39,209 bases of DNA, taken from assembly GCA_031372565.1 (NCBI GenBank), contig JANMLN010000072.1:1-39209 (forward strand), in the 5' to 3' direction. How positions within the stretch are numbered: position 1 is the stretch's first letter; the number at the start of each line of letters is the position of its first letter. Below are positions 18,624 through 26,834 of this stretch, piece by piece. Below the pieces are notes generated by a model. It was given only the letters and a program-made list of their open reading frames with translations. It was not told the DNA's origin and made no database searches. The DNA comes from Gemmatimonadota bacterium (GTDB lineage: Bacteria > Gemmatimonadota > Gemmatimonadetes > Gemmatimonadales > Gemmatimonadaceae). The translations under genes and the position numbers were made by a program.

Positions 18624-20441
18624 ATGAGTGTCCCCATCGCTCGGCCTGCCGCCCTCGAGACCCGCGTCGATGTCGAGACGCCGGAGCTCGTCTCCGTGTC
18701 GTACACGATCGCCGGCATCGGCTCGCGCGCACGCGCGTCGCTGACCGATCACGCGCTCATGTTCGTGGCGTTCCTCATGCTCGTCATCGCCATCAGCTCA
18801 CTTGAGCTGTCGCGCACGTTGAGTGACCTGCTCGGGCCGTGGACCGGTGCGATCGTCGTCATGGCCCTGACGCTCGGCTACTGGGGCTACTTCGTGCTGT
18901 TCGAGGCGCTTTGGGATGGGCAGACACCGGGCAAGCGGTGGAACAACCTGCGCGTCGTGCGCGAGGGCGGGTACTCGGTGACCTTCGCCGCGTCGGCGTC
19001 GCGCAACCTGATGCGCCTGGTCGACATGCAGCCGGGCGGCACCTACGCCGTGGCAACGCTGGCCAGTCTGTTCAATGCGCGCGGCAAGCGACTGGGCGAC
19101 ATGACCGCCGGTACCCTCGTGGTGCAGGAACAGATCGGCGCGGTACCCGACGGGTCCGCACGCCCCGCGCGCGCCGCGGAGCGACCGGGTGCCACCCCCC
19201 TCGCGCTGCAGGCGGCGCTCACCGATCCCGAGTTCGAGCTGCTCGACGGCTTTCTCGCACGGCAGCGCGACCTGACCGATGATCGCCGTGCCGCGTTCGT
19301 GGCGCAGTTGAGCGAGCGGTTCGCCGACACGCTGCGCGACATCGAGGCGCCCACGATCATGGCGCGCCTCATCCGGTTGCGCGACAGCGAACGCGGCGCC
19401 CGTGACCGTGGCGTTGCGGCGCGCGCCGACACCGGGGCCGCGCGCGAACGACATGCGATCGTCGCGCAGGGGTCGGCGCGCTGGAGCGCCTTCGCCACGA
19501 CCCTCGCCGATGCACAGACGCGAGGTCTCGCGAGCCTCGGCGAAGCGCGTGTCCGCGACTTCGTGCGCGACTATCGCGACGTCGCCTCCGATCTCGCGCG
19601 ACTGCGCACCGCCACGCGCGGTCAGGACGCCGGCGATGTCTTCTTCCTCAATCGGCTGGTGGCAGGGGCGCACAATCTGCTCTACCGTCGGCGCGCCATC
19701 CCGCTGCGCGAGATCGCCCGGTACTGCTTTGCCGAGGTGCCCGCAGAGATCCGGCGATCGAGCGGCCTGGTGGTCTTCGCGGCATTCCTGCTCTTCTTTC
19801 CGATGGCGGTGAGTTACACCGCCGTGCTGCGCGATGCGACCGTGGCCGCCACGCTGCTCCCGCCCGCGATGCTCGACCGCGCCGACGACGGCGTCCGGCG
19901 TGCGCGCGACGGCACGGGGTACATCGAGGACCCCGGACTGCTACGGCCCGTGATGGCCGGCTCGATCATCGCCAACAATGTGCAGGTCGCCTTCATGGCC
20001 TTCGCGAGCGGGATCACGGCGGGCGTGTTCACGCTCTGGGTGCTGGTGTCCAACGGCATCTCGATCGGCGCCGTGGCTGGCCTCTACGCGAGCAAGGACA
20101 TCGGTGCGCTGCTGCTCGCCTTCGTGGCGCCGCATGGCGTGCTGGAGCTGGCCGCGATCGCGCTCGCCGGTGCTGCCGGCCTGATGATCGGCGCGGTCCT
20201 GCTCGTCCCCGGCGCACGCACCCGGCGCACAGCATTCCGCGAAGACAGTCCGCGCGCGACGCGCCTCGTGGCTGGAGCGACGATGCTCCTGCTCGTGGCC
20301 GGAACGATCGAGGGCCTGATCTCACCGATCCCGTACTGGCCGCTCGAGCTCAAGCTCGTGGTCTCGGCGGTCACCGCCGTCGCGCTCTATCTGTTTGTGC
20401 GCCTGGGTACGTCGCGCGCTACAGCGCCCCGCGCGCCTTGA
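18624..20441 (+). CDS. RDD domain fused to a stage II sporulation protein M (SpoIIM/DUF95) domain
   Basis: RDD part has VETPE, AGIGSR, GQTPGK and KRLGDMTAGT. SpoIIM part has YRDVASDLARLRT, IIANNVQVA, PHGVLEL and AGTIEG. Confidence 0.88.
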   Translation: MSVPIARPAALETRVDVETPELVSVSYTIAGIGSRARASLTDHALMFVAFLMLVIAISSLELSRTLSDLLGPWTGAIVVMALTLGYWGYFVLFEALWDGQTPGKRWNNLRVVREGGYSVTFAASASRNLMRLVDMQPGGTYAVATLASLFNARGKRLGDMTAGTLVVQEQIGAVPDGSARPARAAERPGATPLALQAALTDPEFELLDGFLARQRDLTDDRRAAFVAQLSERFADTLRDIEAPTIMARLIRLRDSERGARDRGVAARADTGAARERHAIVAQGSARWSAFATTLADAQTRGLASLGEARVRDFVRDYRDVASDLARLRTATRGQDAGDVFFLNRLVAGAHNLLYRRRAIPLREIARYCFAEVPAEIRRSSGLVVFAAFLLFFPMAVSYTAVLRDATVAATLLPPAMLDRADDGVRRARDGTGYIEDPGLLRPVMAGSIIANNVQVAFMAFASGITAGVFTLWVLVSNGISIGAVAGLYASKDIGALLLAFVAPHGVLELAAIALAGAAGLMIGAVLLVPGARTRRTAFREDSPRATRLVAGATMLLLVAGTIEGLISPIPYWPLELKLVVSAVTAVALYLFVRLGTSRATAPRAP

Positions 20442-21810
20442 GCTCCAGATAACGATTCACCACGGCGGCTGTCATTTGCTCAGGTGAGATGTCGAGCACG
20501 ATCGCTCCCGTCCGCCGCATCCGTTCGAGCGCTTCGGCGCGTGCCTGCACGAGTTCTTCGGCAGCGGCTCGCGTGTAGAGCGGCGTGTCCGGATCAGGGG
20601 CCCCTTCGCCCGTGGGCACGGCGTATGGCTGGCCATCAGCCGCGGCAAACATGGCGTCGTTGCGGAGCGCGACCACCAAGGCCAGATGCTTGATGGCGCC
20701 GCGTGCCACATGCGCCAGCAGCGCGCGCGAGGCACGCACATCGAGCACATCGGTGAAGAGCACGATCAAGGCGCGCTTCCGCTGGTGCGCCGACAGAAAG
20801 CGGAACGCGGCCGCATAGTCCGGTTCGGCAAGCGACGGCTCGAGCGGCGTGTAGGCATCGCGCACGAGGGCGAGCGCACCGCGCGCACGTTCGGCGGGCA
20901 CAAAGGCCCGGATCGCATCATCGAAGACCAGCGTTCCAACCCGGTCACCGGCCGTGGCCGCGACATCGGTGAGAATGAGACTCGACGTGATCGCGTGCTC
21001 GAACCGCGACAGCTTGCCGGCGAGCTGTGTCATGCCACGGCCCGCGTCCACCAGCGTGAGCACGCTCTGCGACCGCTCGATCGTGTACTCGCGCACGATC
21101 GGCTTGCCGCGGCGCGCGGTCGCCTTCCAGTCCATCTTGCGCGGGTCGTCGCCCAGCGCATAATCGCGGAGCCCCGCAAACGACTGCCCTTCGCCCCGTC
21201 GCTTGAGCGCTCGTACGCCGATCGCGTCGAGCCGGTGCTGCAGCGCCAGCCAGCGGAATCGCTTGACCCCCCGCACCGACGGCAGCACATCCACGTGATC
21301 GCCCGGCTCGACCACCATGCGCGCGCCAAGCAGGCCCAGGCGCGTGGTCACGCGCGCACCCACCGGACCGAGGGCAAAGCGGCCGCGCTTGAGCCCGGTC
21401 ATCGTGAACGCCACCTGCGCCGATCCACGCGCGGCGAGTGTGAACGCGGTCTGCCCGATGCCGCCCTCGATCAGCGCAGGAAGCCGATCCGCGAGCGTGA
21501 CCGTCATCGGGCGCGTACTGGTGGACTGCACCGCATAGTGTCCAGCTTCGTCATCACCCGCACCCATCGTGTCGGGCACATGGCGCGCAACGCGCAGCGC
21601 CGCGGCACTCGGCAGCAGCAACCAGTCGACAATGGTCGCCGTGATGATCGCTGCGGCTGCAGCCTGCGCAAGGATGCGCCCACCATCACCCGGAATGAAC
21701 CAGAGCGGAGCCGCCACGGCTACGCACCAGATGAGCCGACGCTCCGGCGCGATGCGCGTGAGCGACATCCACGCGACGCGCAGCAGAACGCGCGGCGTGG
21801 AGGGCGTCAC
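20419..21810 (-). CDS. DUF58 domain (vWA-like) membrane protein
   Basis: Contains FAGLRDYALGDDPRKMDWKATAR, a MIDAS-like DAGRGM, GDRVG, LFTD and the C-terminal VVNRYLELK. Confidence 0.9.
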   Translation of the reverse strand: MTPSTPRVLLRVAWMSLTRIAPERRLIWCVAVAAPLWFIPGDGGRILAQAAAAAIITATIVDWLLLPSAAALRVARHVPDTMGAGDDEAGHYAVQSTSTRPMTVTLADRLPALIEGGIGQTAFTLAARGSAQVAFTMTGLKRGRFALGPVGARVTTRLGLLGARMVVEPGDHVDVLPSVRGVKRFRWLALQHRLDAIGVRALKRRGEGQSFAGLRDYALGDDPRKMDWKATARRGKPIVREYTIERSQSVLTLVDAGRGMTQLAGKLSRFEHAITSSLILTDVAATAGDRVGTLVFDDAIRAFVPAERARGALALVRDAYTPLEPSLAEPDYAAAFRFLSAHQRKRALIVLFTDVLDVRASRALLAHVARGAIKHLALVVALRNDAMFAAADGQPYAVPTGEGAPDPDTPLYTRAAAEELVQARAEALERMRRTGAIVLDISPEQMTAAVVNRYLELKARGAL

Positions 21811-22769
21811 TTGGGGGCAGTAATGCGCAGGAGGATGGCCGACAGCACATCGTCGGCCGTGCGCCCTTCGACTTCGAGCTCCGGCGAGAGCGTGATGCGG
21901 TGCCGCAGCGCCGGCGCGACGCGCTCCTTCACGTCGTCCGGGGTCACGTAGTCGCGGCCCGCAAGCACCGCGGCAGCGCGTGCGGTACGGAGCAACGCCA
22001 CCGATGCCCGCGGCGACGCACCGATCGACAACGAGCTTTCATCGCGCGTCGCGCGCGTGATCGCGGCAATGTACGCGCGTACCTCGGCGGTCACGCGCAC
22101 CCGATCGCCCAGCTGGCGCAGCGCCAGCGTGGTGTCGCGGTCCAGAATGGCCGAGAGCCCGGAGGTGGCCAGCCCTTCGGCGTCGAAGCCTGCCTCGTGC
22201 GCGGCCAGCATCGCGAGTTCCGCCGCTTCGTCCGGGTACCCCACGATCGTCTTGAGCAGGAATCGGTCGAGCTGCGCCTCGGGGAGCGGGTAGGTCCCTT
22301 CGTGCTCGATCGGGTTCTGCGTCGCGAACACGGTGAAGAGCGAATCGAGCGGCCGCGTGACGCCGTCGGTGGTCACCTGCCGCTCGCCCATCGCTTCGAG
22401 GAGCGCAGCCTGCGTCTTGGCCGGGGCGCGGTTGATCTCGTCGCCGAGCATCACGTCGGTGAACACGGGCCCCGGCTGGAACTCGAAGCCGCGCGCCGCA
22501 TCGCGCATGAGGGACACGCCGGTCACGTCGGACGGCATGAGATCGGGGGTGAACTGCACGCGGGCAAAGCGCAGTCCGAGCGCCTGTGCGAGCGCACGCA
22601 CGAGCAGCGTCTTGCCGGTGCCGGGAACCCCTTCGATCAGCAGGTGGCCGCGTGCCAGAAATGCGACGAGCGCGTCGTTGATCGCCTCGTCCTGACCGAT
22701 CACCACCTGTGCAACCGCTTGGCGCACGTTGCCGAGGAGTTCGGCCCCACGTTCGAGCGTGACGGTCAT
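21807..22769 (-). CDS. moxR: MoxR-family AAA+ ATPase
   Basis: Walker A GVPGTGKT, plus QFTPDLMPSD, DEINRAPAKTQAALLEAM, ATQNPIEHEGTYPLPEAQLDRF and GASPR. Confidence 0.96.
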   Translation of the reverse strand: MTVTLERGAELLGNVRQAVAQVVIGQDEAINDALVAFLARGHLLIEGVPGTGKTLLVRALAQALGLRFARVQFTPDLMPSDVTGVSLMRDAARGFEFQPGPVFTDVMLGDEINRAPAKTQAALLEAMGERQVTTDGVTRPLDSLFTVFATQNPIEHEGTYPLPEAQLDRFLLKTIVGYPDEAAELAMLAAHEAGFDAEGLATSGLSAILDRDTTLALRQLGDRVRVTAEVRAYIAAITRATRDESSLSIGASPRASVALLRTARAAAVLAGRDYVTPDDVKERVAPALRHRITLSPELEVEGRTADDVLSAILLRITAPK

Positions 22770-24013
22770 CGGGATTCCTGTCGAAGGGTCTGTTCGATGG
22801 TGGCGAGGGCCTCACCCACCTCGTGGAAAGATCGCGCCGGCGTCGGGCGCGTGAGCGCCTGGCGAAGTACGCCGACCGGCCCCGTGAGTGCCGGGGTCCG
22901 GCTGGCAACACGGTCCAGATACTCACTGTCCGACAGCGACATCACGCCGCGCACGGTGCCGCGGTCAAGGCGGCGGCGGAGCCCACGCACCAGTCGCTGC
23001 GTGGCGGTCTTGCTGGCGCCGACCTGCACGTACGCGCGAGCAAGCGCGTCGACATGCTCGATCGGCGATCGGCGTTCATCGGTGACATCCGGCGGTGGTG
23101 GCACGAGACGTGGTGCGCGCATCAACAGCAACATCAGCCCCGCCACGGCGAGCTGCGCGAGCACGTGGCCGGGCGCGGTCTCCGAGAAGAAGGTGACCAC
23201 GGCGCGCACCGTACCGGGCTGTGGACCGAAGCCGTGATGGTACTCATCGAACAGGAGCCACGTACGCGGCGGGCCACTGGTCGAGTCGCGCAGATAGCGC
23301 AGTGCATTGATGTAGACCACAGACAACCCTGGATCGCACTGCCGCAGCTCATCATTGCGCAGCAGATCCGCATCACCGGCGGCCACAATGCGCCCGCGGC
23401 CATAGGCAAAGCCCATCATCAGCGCCCCGCGTGCCGTATCCGTTGCAGCAAGCATGAGCAGCGTATCGACCGCGCTCGGCGGGGGCCCCTGCCAGCGCAG
23501 CGCCCGATACTCGGCTCTCCCGTTCGCAAGCCACGGGAGCCGACTCACCCCTTGCTCCGGGCATGGCAGCACGCCGTGGTCGAGCACCTGCAGCGCTCCA
23601 CGGTGCCCGAGTCCCAGATGCAGCGAGTCCGCGAGCAAGTCCCGGTCGCGGTTCACGATGGCGAAGAGCCCCGCACCGGCCCGCACCCGCTCGAGGAGCG
23701 CGTGCACTTCCACTGCGCGCATGGGCTCGCTGGGAGCGAGCACCACGTGCACCATGTCGGTACGCGGCGGTAGCACGGCGCTCACGTTGTCATCGACCCG
23801 CCAGCCGAGGGCGCGCGGCAACTCCGCTGCCAGGCTGGCCGCCCCCGGCGTTGTCGCACGCGTCGTCAGGTGCGCGTTACCCATCTCCCGGTTCGCGCGC
23901 TCGGGGGTGAGTAGCGCGGCCAGCAGCGCGATGCCCGTGAGCAGTGGCACCAGCACACGCGGCCGACCATACCATGGCACCGGTGGCATCATCGGTTGCA
24001 CCGGGACGCTCAT
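22766..24013 (-). CDS. DUF4350 domain membrane protein
   Basis: N-terminal TM, YGRGRIV...LLRNDEL, FDEYHHG, a second TM and EHVDALARAY. Located directly upstream of moxR. Confidence 0.78.
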   Translation of the reverse strand: MSVPVQPMMPPVPWYGRPRVLVPLLTGIALLAALLTPERANREMGNAHLTTRATTPGAASLAAELPRALGWRVDDNVSAVLPPRTDMVHVVLAPSEPMRAVEVHALLERVRAGAGLFAIVNRDRDLLADSLHLGLGHRGALQVLDHGVLPCPEQGVSRLPWLANGRAEYRALRWQGPPPSAVDTLLMLAATDTARGALMMGFAYGRGRIVAAGDADLLRNDELRQCDPGLSVVYINALRYLRDSTSGPPRTWLLFDEYHHGFGPQPGTVRAVVTFFSETAPGHVLAQLAVAGLMLLLMRAPRLVPPPPDVTDERRSPIEHVDALARAYVQVGASKTATQRLVRGLRRRLDRGTVRGVMSLSDSEYLDRVASRTPALTGPVGVLRQALTRPTPARSFHEVGEALATIEQTLRQESR

Positions 24014-24627
24014 CGTGCACGCTCCACGGCGAGCATCGGCCGGGCATCGTCGAGCAGGGCGCGGTAGTCGTCACCGCTCACGATTCCAACGCCGTACACG
24101 GCGCGATCATACCGGGTACGGAACGACTGGAACCGTGGAGCGCTCGGCGCATTCCGTCGGCGTAGCTCGCGCGCGTAATCACCGGCTGTCTTCGACGCAT
24201 GCACGCGCACCTCGCCGCGGGCCGCGAGTGCGCCCAGCAGCGCCACGAACAGGGCATGCGCCGCGTCGGTGTAGGCGCCGGATTGCGCCAATCGCTCCGC
24301 CTCGCCCCACGGATCGTTGGTGCGCATCCCCACGCGTCGGCTGCGGGCCACTGTCGTGCCAGTCCACTCTGCGCGCAGGTCGAGCACCAACCGGATAACG
24401 AGCAGCGCAAGCAGCACGCCGAGCACCAGATACACGGTGGTCCTGGTCCCCCCGGCCTCTGCCGCCGCCCGGATCAGATCACCGAGGAACCGGAAGATGG
24501 CCGAGAAGATCCGGTCCAGCAGCGACTCGGTGAAGTCACGCTGGTACGCGGCGCGGGACACGATCCGGTTGACCGTGTCCTGCACCTGGGCCGGCGTCCA
24601 TGAAGTGACGGATTGCGACAGGAGCAT
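24010..24627 (-). CDS. DUF4129 domain membrane protein
   Basis: TM segment followed by EAERLAQSGAYTDA, SKTAGDY and YDRAVYG. Fits the operon context. Confidence 0.8.
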   Translation of the reverse strand: MLLSQSVTSWTPAQVQDTVNRIVSRAAYQRDFTESLLDRIFSAIFRFLGDLIRAAAEAGGTRTTVYLVLGVLLALLVIRLVLDLRAEWTGTTVARSRRVGMRTNDPWGEAERLAQSGAYTDAAHALFVALLGALAARGEVRVHASKTAGDYARELRRRNAPSAPRFQSFRTRYDRAVYGVGIVSGDDYRALLDDARPMLAVERAR

Positions 24628-25403
24628 CAGATGGGTCGTGGTGCTCCGGCCGGCGCGTCACGCGGTCCAATGTCTGCCGCCATCCGTTCGAGATCGAACC
24701 CTTCGCCCCGGATACGCGTGTCGTAGTACAGCACCATCTCGGCGAGCGCGGCAATCGGGTAGACGACGGCCGTGATCAGGGTCTGGAAGAAGGTCGAGAG
24801 CACCGTGCTCGACATGGACACGAGCGCCATCAGCACGCCGATGCCCATCACGATGATGAAGAAGATGATCCAGACAAGCGCGAGCGTGTTGATGATGTGG
24901 CGCTTGCGTCCATCCGACAGCACGCTCGACCGACGGAAGGCCGCGGCTATCGACGCATCTTCGAGAATGATGGCGGGAACGATCGCGAAGTAGCGGGCGA
25001 AGACATACAGCGCCGGAAACACGAGGAAGAAGAAGCCGATCGTGTACAGGACACCGCGCATGGTGCTGGCGAGGATCAAGCGTCCGGCGCGCGGTACGAC
25101 CGCGCGCAGGGCGGCCGCGAGATCGGGGGTTTCACCGAGGTAGGCGCGCGACCCGATGTGCATCACCACCGCGCCCATCAGGTTGTAGAGCACGAACGAC
25201 GCTGCCGTCAACAGCACGCCGGCGAGTGTGGTCGCACCACTTCCCGCGCTCGTGCCGGCTTGCAGAAGCAGCATCCCGATGAGGTACGGCACATTGCCGA
25301 CCGCCGCGGCGAGGATGTACAGCAGCGGCTGCTGGCGGTACAGCATGAAGGCGGCATCCACGATCTCGGTCGTGGAGCGTGCACGCAGGCGAACGGTCGA
25401 CAT
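24627..25403 (-). CDS. Integral membrane protein (glycerophosphodiester phosphodiesterase membrane-domain-like)
   Basis: SD-like upstream region. Contains LRARSTTEIVDAAFxLYR, IILED...AFRRS and LYYDTRIRGEGFDLE, with about six TMs. First gene of the MoxR operon. Confidence 0.75.
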   Translation of the reverse strand: MSTVRLRARSTTEIVDAAFMLYRQQPLLYILAAAVGNVPYLIGMLLLQAGTSAGSGATTLAGVLLTAASFVLYNLMGAVVMHIGSRAYLGETPDLAAALRAVVPRAGRLILASTMRGVLYTIGFFFLVFPALYVFARYFAIVPAIILEDASIAAAFRRSSVLSDGRKRHIINTLALVWIIFFIIVMGIGVLMALVSMSSTVLSTFFQTLITAVVYPIAALAEMVLYYDTRIRGEGFDLERMAADIGPRDAPAGAPRPI

Positions 25404-25496
25404 GGAGGTCTCGCGAAGAGCGGGGACGGCGAGAGACAGTCATGGCGCCAGCGTCGGCTCCACCAGCGCAATCTGCCGTGCTGGCGTGCGCGGCGG

Positions 25497-26807
25497 CTAG
25501 GTCGCTGGTCGTCGCGTGGCGAGTCGGTACGCGAGCGGGCCCAGCGCGGCACCAACCGCGGTCACGAGGATTGCCGCCGGTTCGTACTCGCCGCCCAGCA
25601 GCGACAGGCCGATGACTCCCGCGAGGATCGTCAGCGGCAGCGCAGCGAGCACGGTCACGGCCCCCGTGCCGAGCGGAATCCGAAACGGCCCGCGGAGCGC
25701 CGGCTCTCGGCGGCGGAGCGCCACGAGCGCGCCGATCTCGAGCAGCAGCGCCATCGCGTAGAACACCACATCGGCCACCACCAACCCGCTGAACGGCAGC
25801 AGCGCGACCACCGAGTAGATGGCCGCCGACACGAGAACCGCACGACGCGGCGTGCCACGCGCATCGGTGTCGGCCAACCGTGCGGGCAGCAAACCGTCGT
25901 CCGCCATCGCGGCCGGAATCCGCGAGTACGCGAGCAGCGACGCGTTGAACATCGCGAGCGCACTCACCATCCCCCCGATGGCGAGCCAGGCGGCGAAGAA
26001 CCCGCCCAGCGGCCCCGCGGTCGCGTGCGCGATCGTCGGCCAGGCGCCATCCGTCCACGTGCGCCAGTCGCTTGCCGAGAGGGCGGCGGTCACGGGCAAT
26101 AAGTATCCTAGTGTCACTAACGGAACCGCGATCGACAGCGCCCGCGGGTAGGTGCGCGAGGCATCCACGATCTCGCCCCCCACCGTGCTCGCGTTGTCCC
26201 AGCCGATGAAGTTCCACAACGTGATCGACAACCCGAGCCCGGCCACCTTGAGCGGATCGCGCCCCTCCGGCACGAACGGCGTCCACGGTGCGTGCGAGGC
26301 CTGCGGCAGCGACGCGAGGGCATAGGCGAAGAACCCGACCGTGATCAGCAACCCGGCCACGAGCGACACGCGGCCCACCGGCTTTGCCCCGCGCAGATTG
26401 AGCGCGGCCGATCCCCAGATCATCACGAGCGCCACCGCCCACTCAGCGCGCGCTCCCAGGTCCGGCAGGAAGTACGCGAGGTACAGCGTGAACAGCTTCG
26501 GGAAGATCGCCATGTCCACCAGCGAGTAGCACCAGGTCAGCCACCCGTTCTGGAACGCCCAGAACGGGCCGAAGGCGCGGCGCACCCACCGATAGTAGCC
26601 CCCTTCTTCCGGGAGCATGCTGGCCAGTTCCCCGATCAACAGCGCCTCGGGTACGGCCCAGAACAGCGGCACCAGCACGAGGAGCAGCAGCGCCATCCCG
26701 GGCCCCGTGCTCCCGACGAGGCCCTCCATCGTGAACGCCCCGCCGCTCACGGTGAAGAACATCACGAACACGAGCCCGGCGGTGCCGAGCGACCGTTGGA
26801 GTCGCAT
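25497..26807 (-). CDS. APC-family amino acid/polyamine permease
   Basis: About twelve TMs, with VSGGAF, ELASMLPEEGGYYRWVRRAFG, WNFIGWD, SRIPAAMADDG and EPALRGPFRIP. Confidence 0.9.
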   Translation of the reverse strand: MRLQRSLGTAGLVFVMFFTVSGGAFTMEGLVGSTGPGMALLLLVLVPLFWAVPEALLIGELASMLPEEGGYYRWVRRAFGPFWAFQNGWLTWCYSLVDMAIFPKLFTLYLAYFLPDLGARAEWAVALVMIWGSAALNLRGAKPVGRVSLVAGLLITVGFFAYALASLPQASHAPWTPFVPEGRDPLKVAGLGLSITLWNFIGWDNASTVGGEIVDASRTYPRALSIAVPLVTLGYLLPVTAALSASDWRTWTDGAWPTIAHATAGPLGGFFAAWLAIGGMVSALAMFNASLLAYSRIPAAMADDGLLPARLADTDARGTPRRAVLVSAAIYSVVALLPFSGLVVADVVFYAMALLLEIGALVALRRREPALRGPFRIPLGTGAVTVLAALPLTILAGVIGLSLLGGEYEPAAILVTAVGAALGPLAYRLATRRPAT

Positions 26808-26834
26808 GCGTGATGGCGTCGCGTTGGTGCGGCG

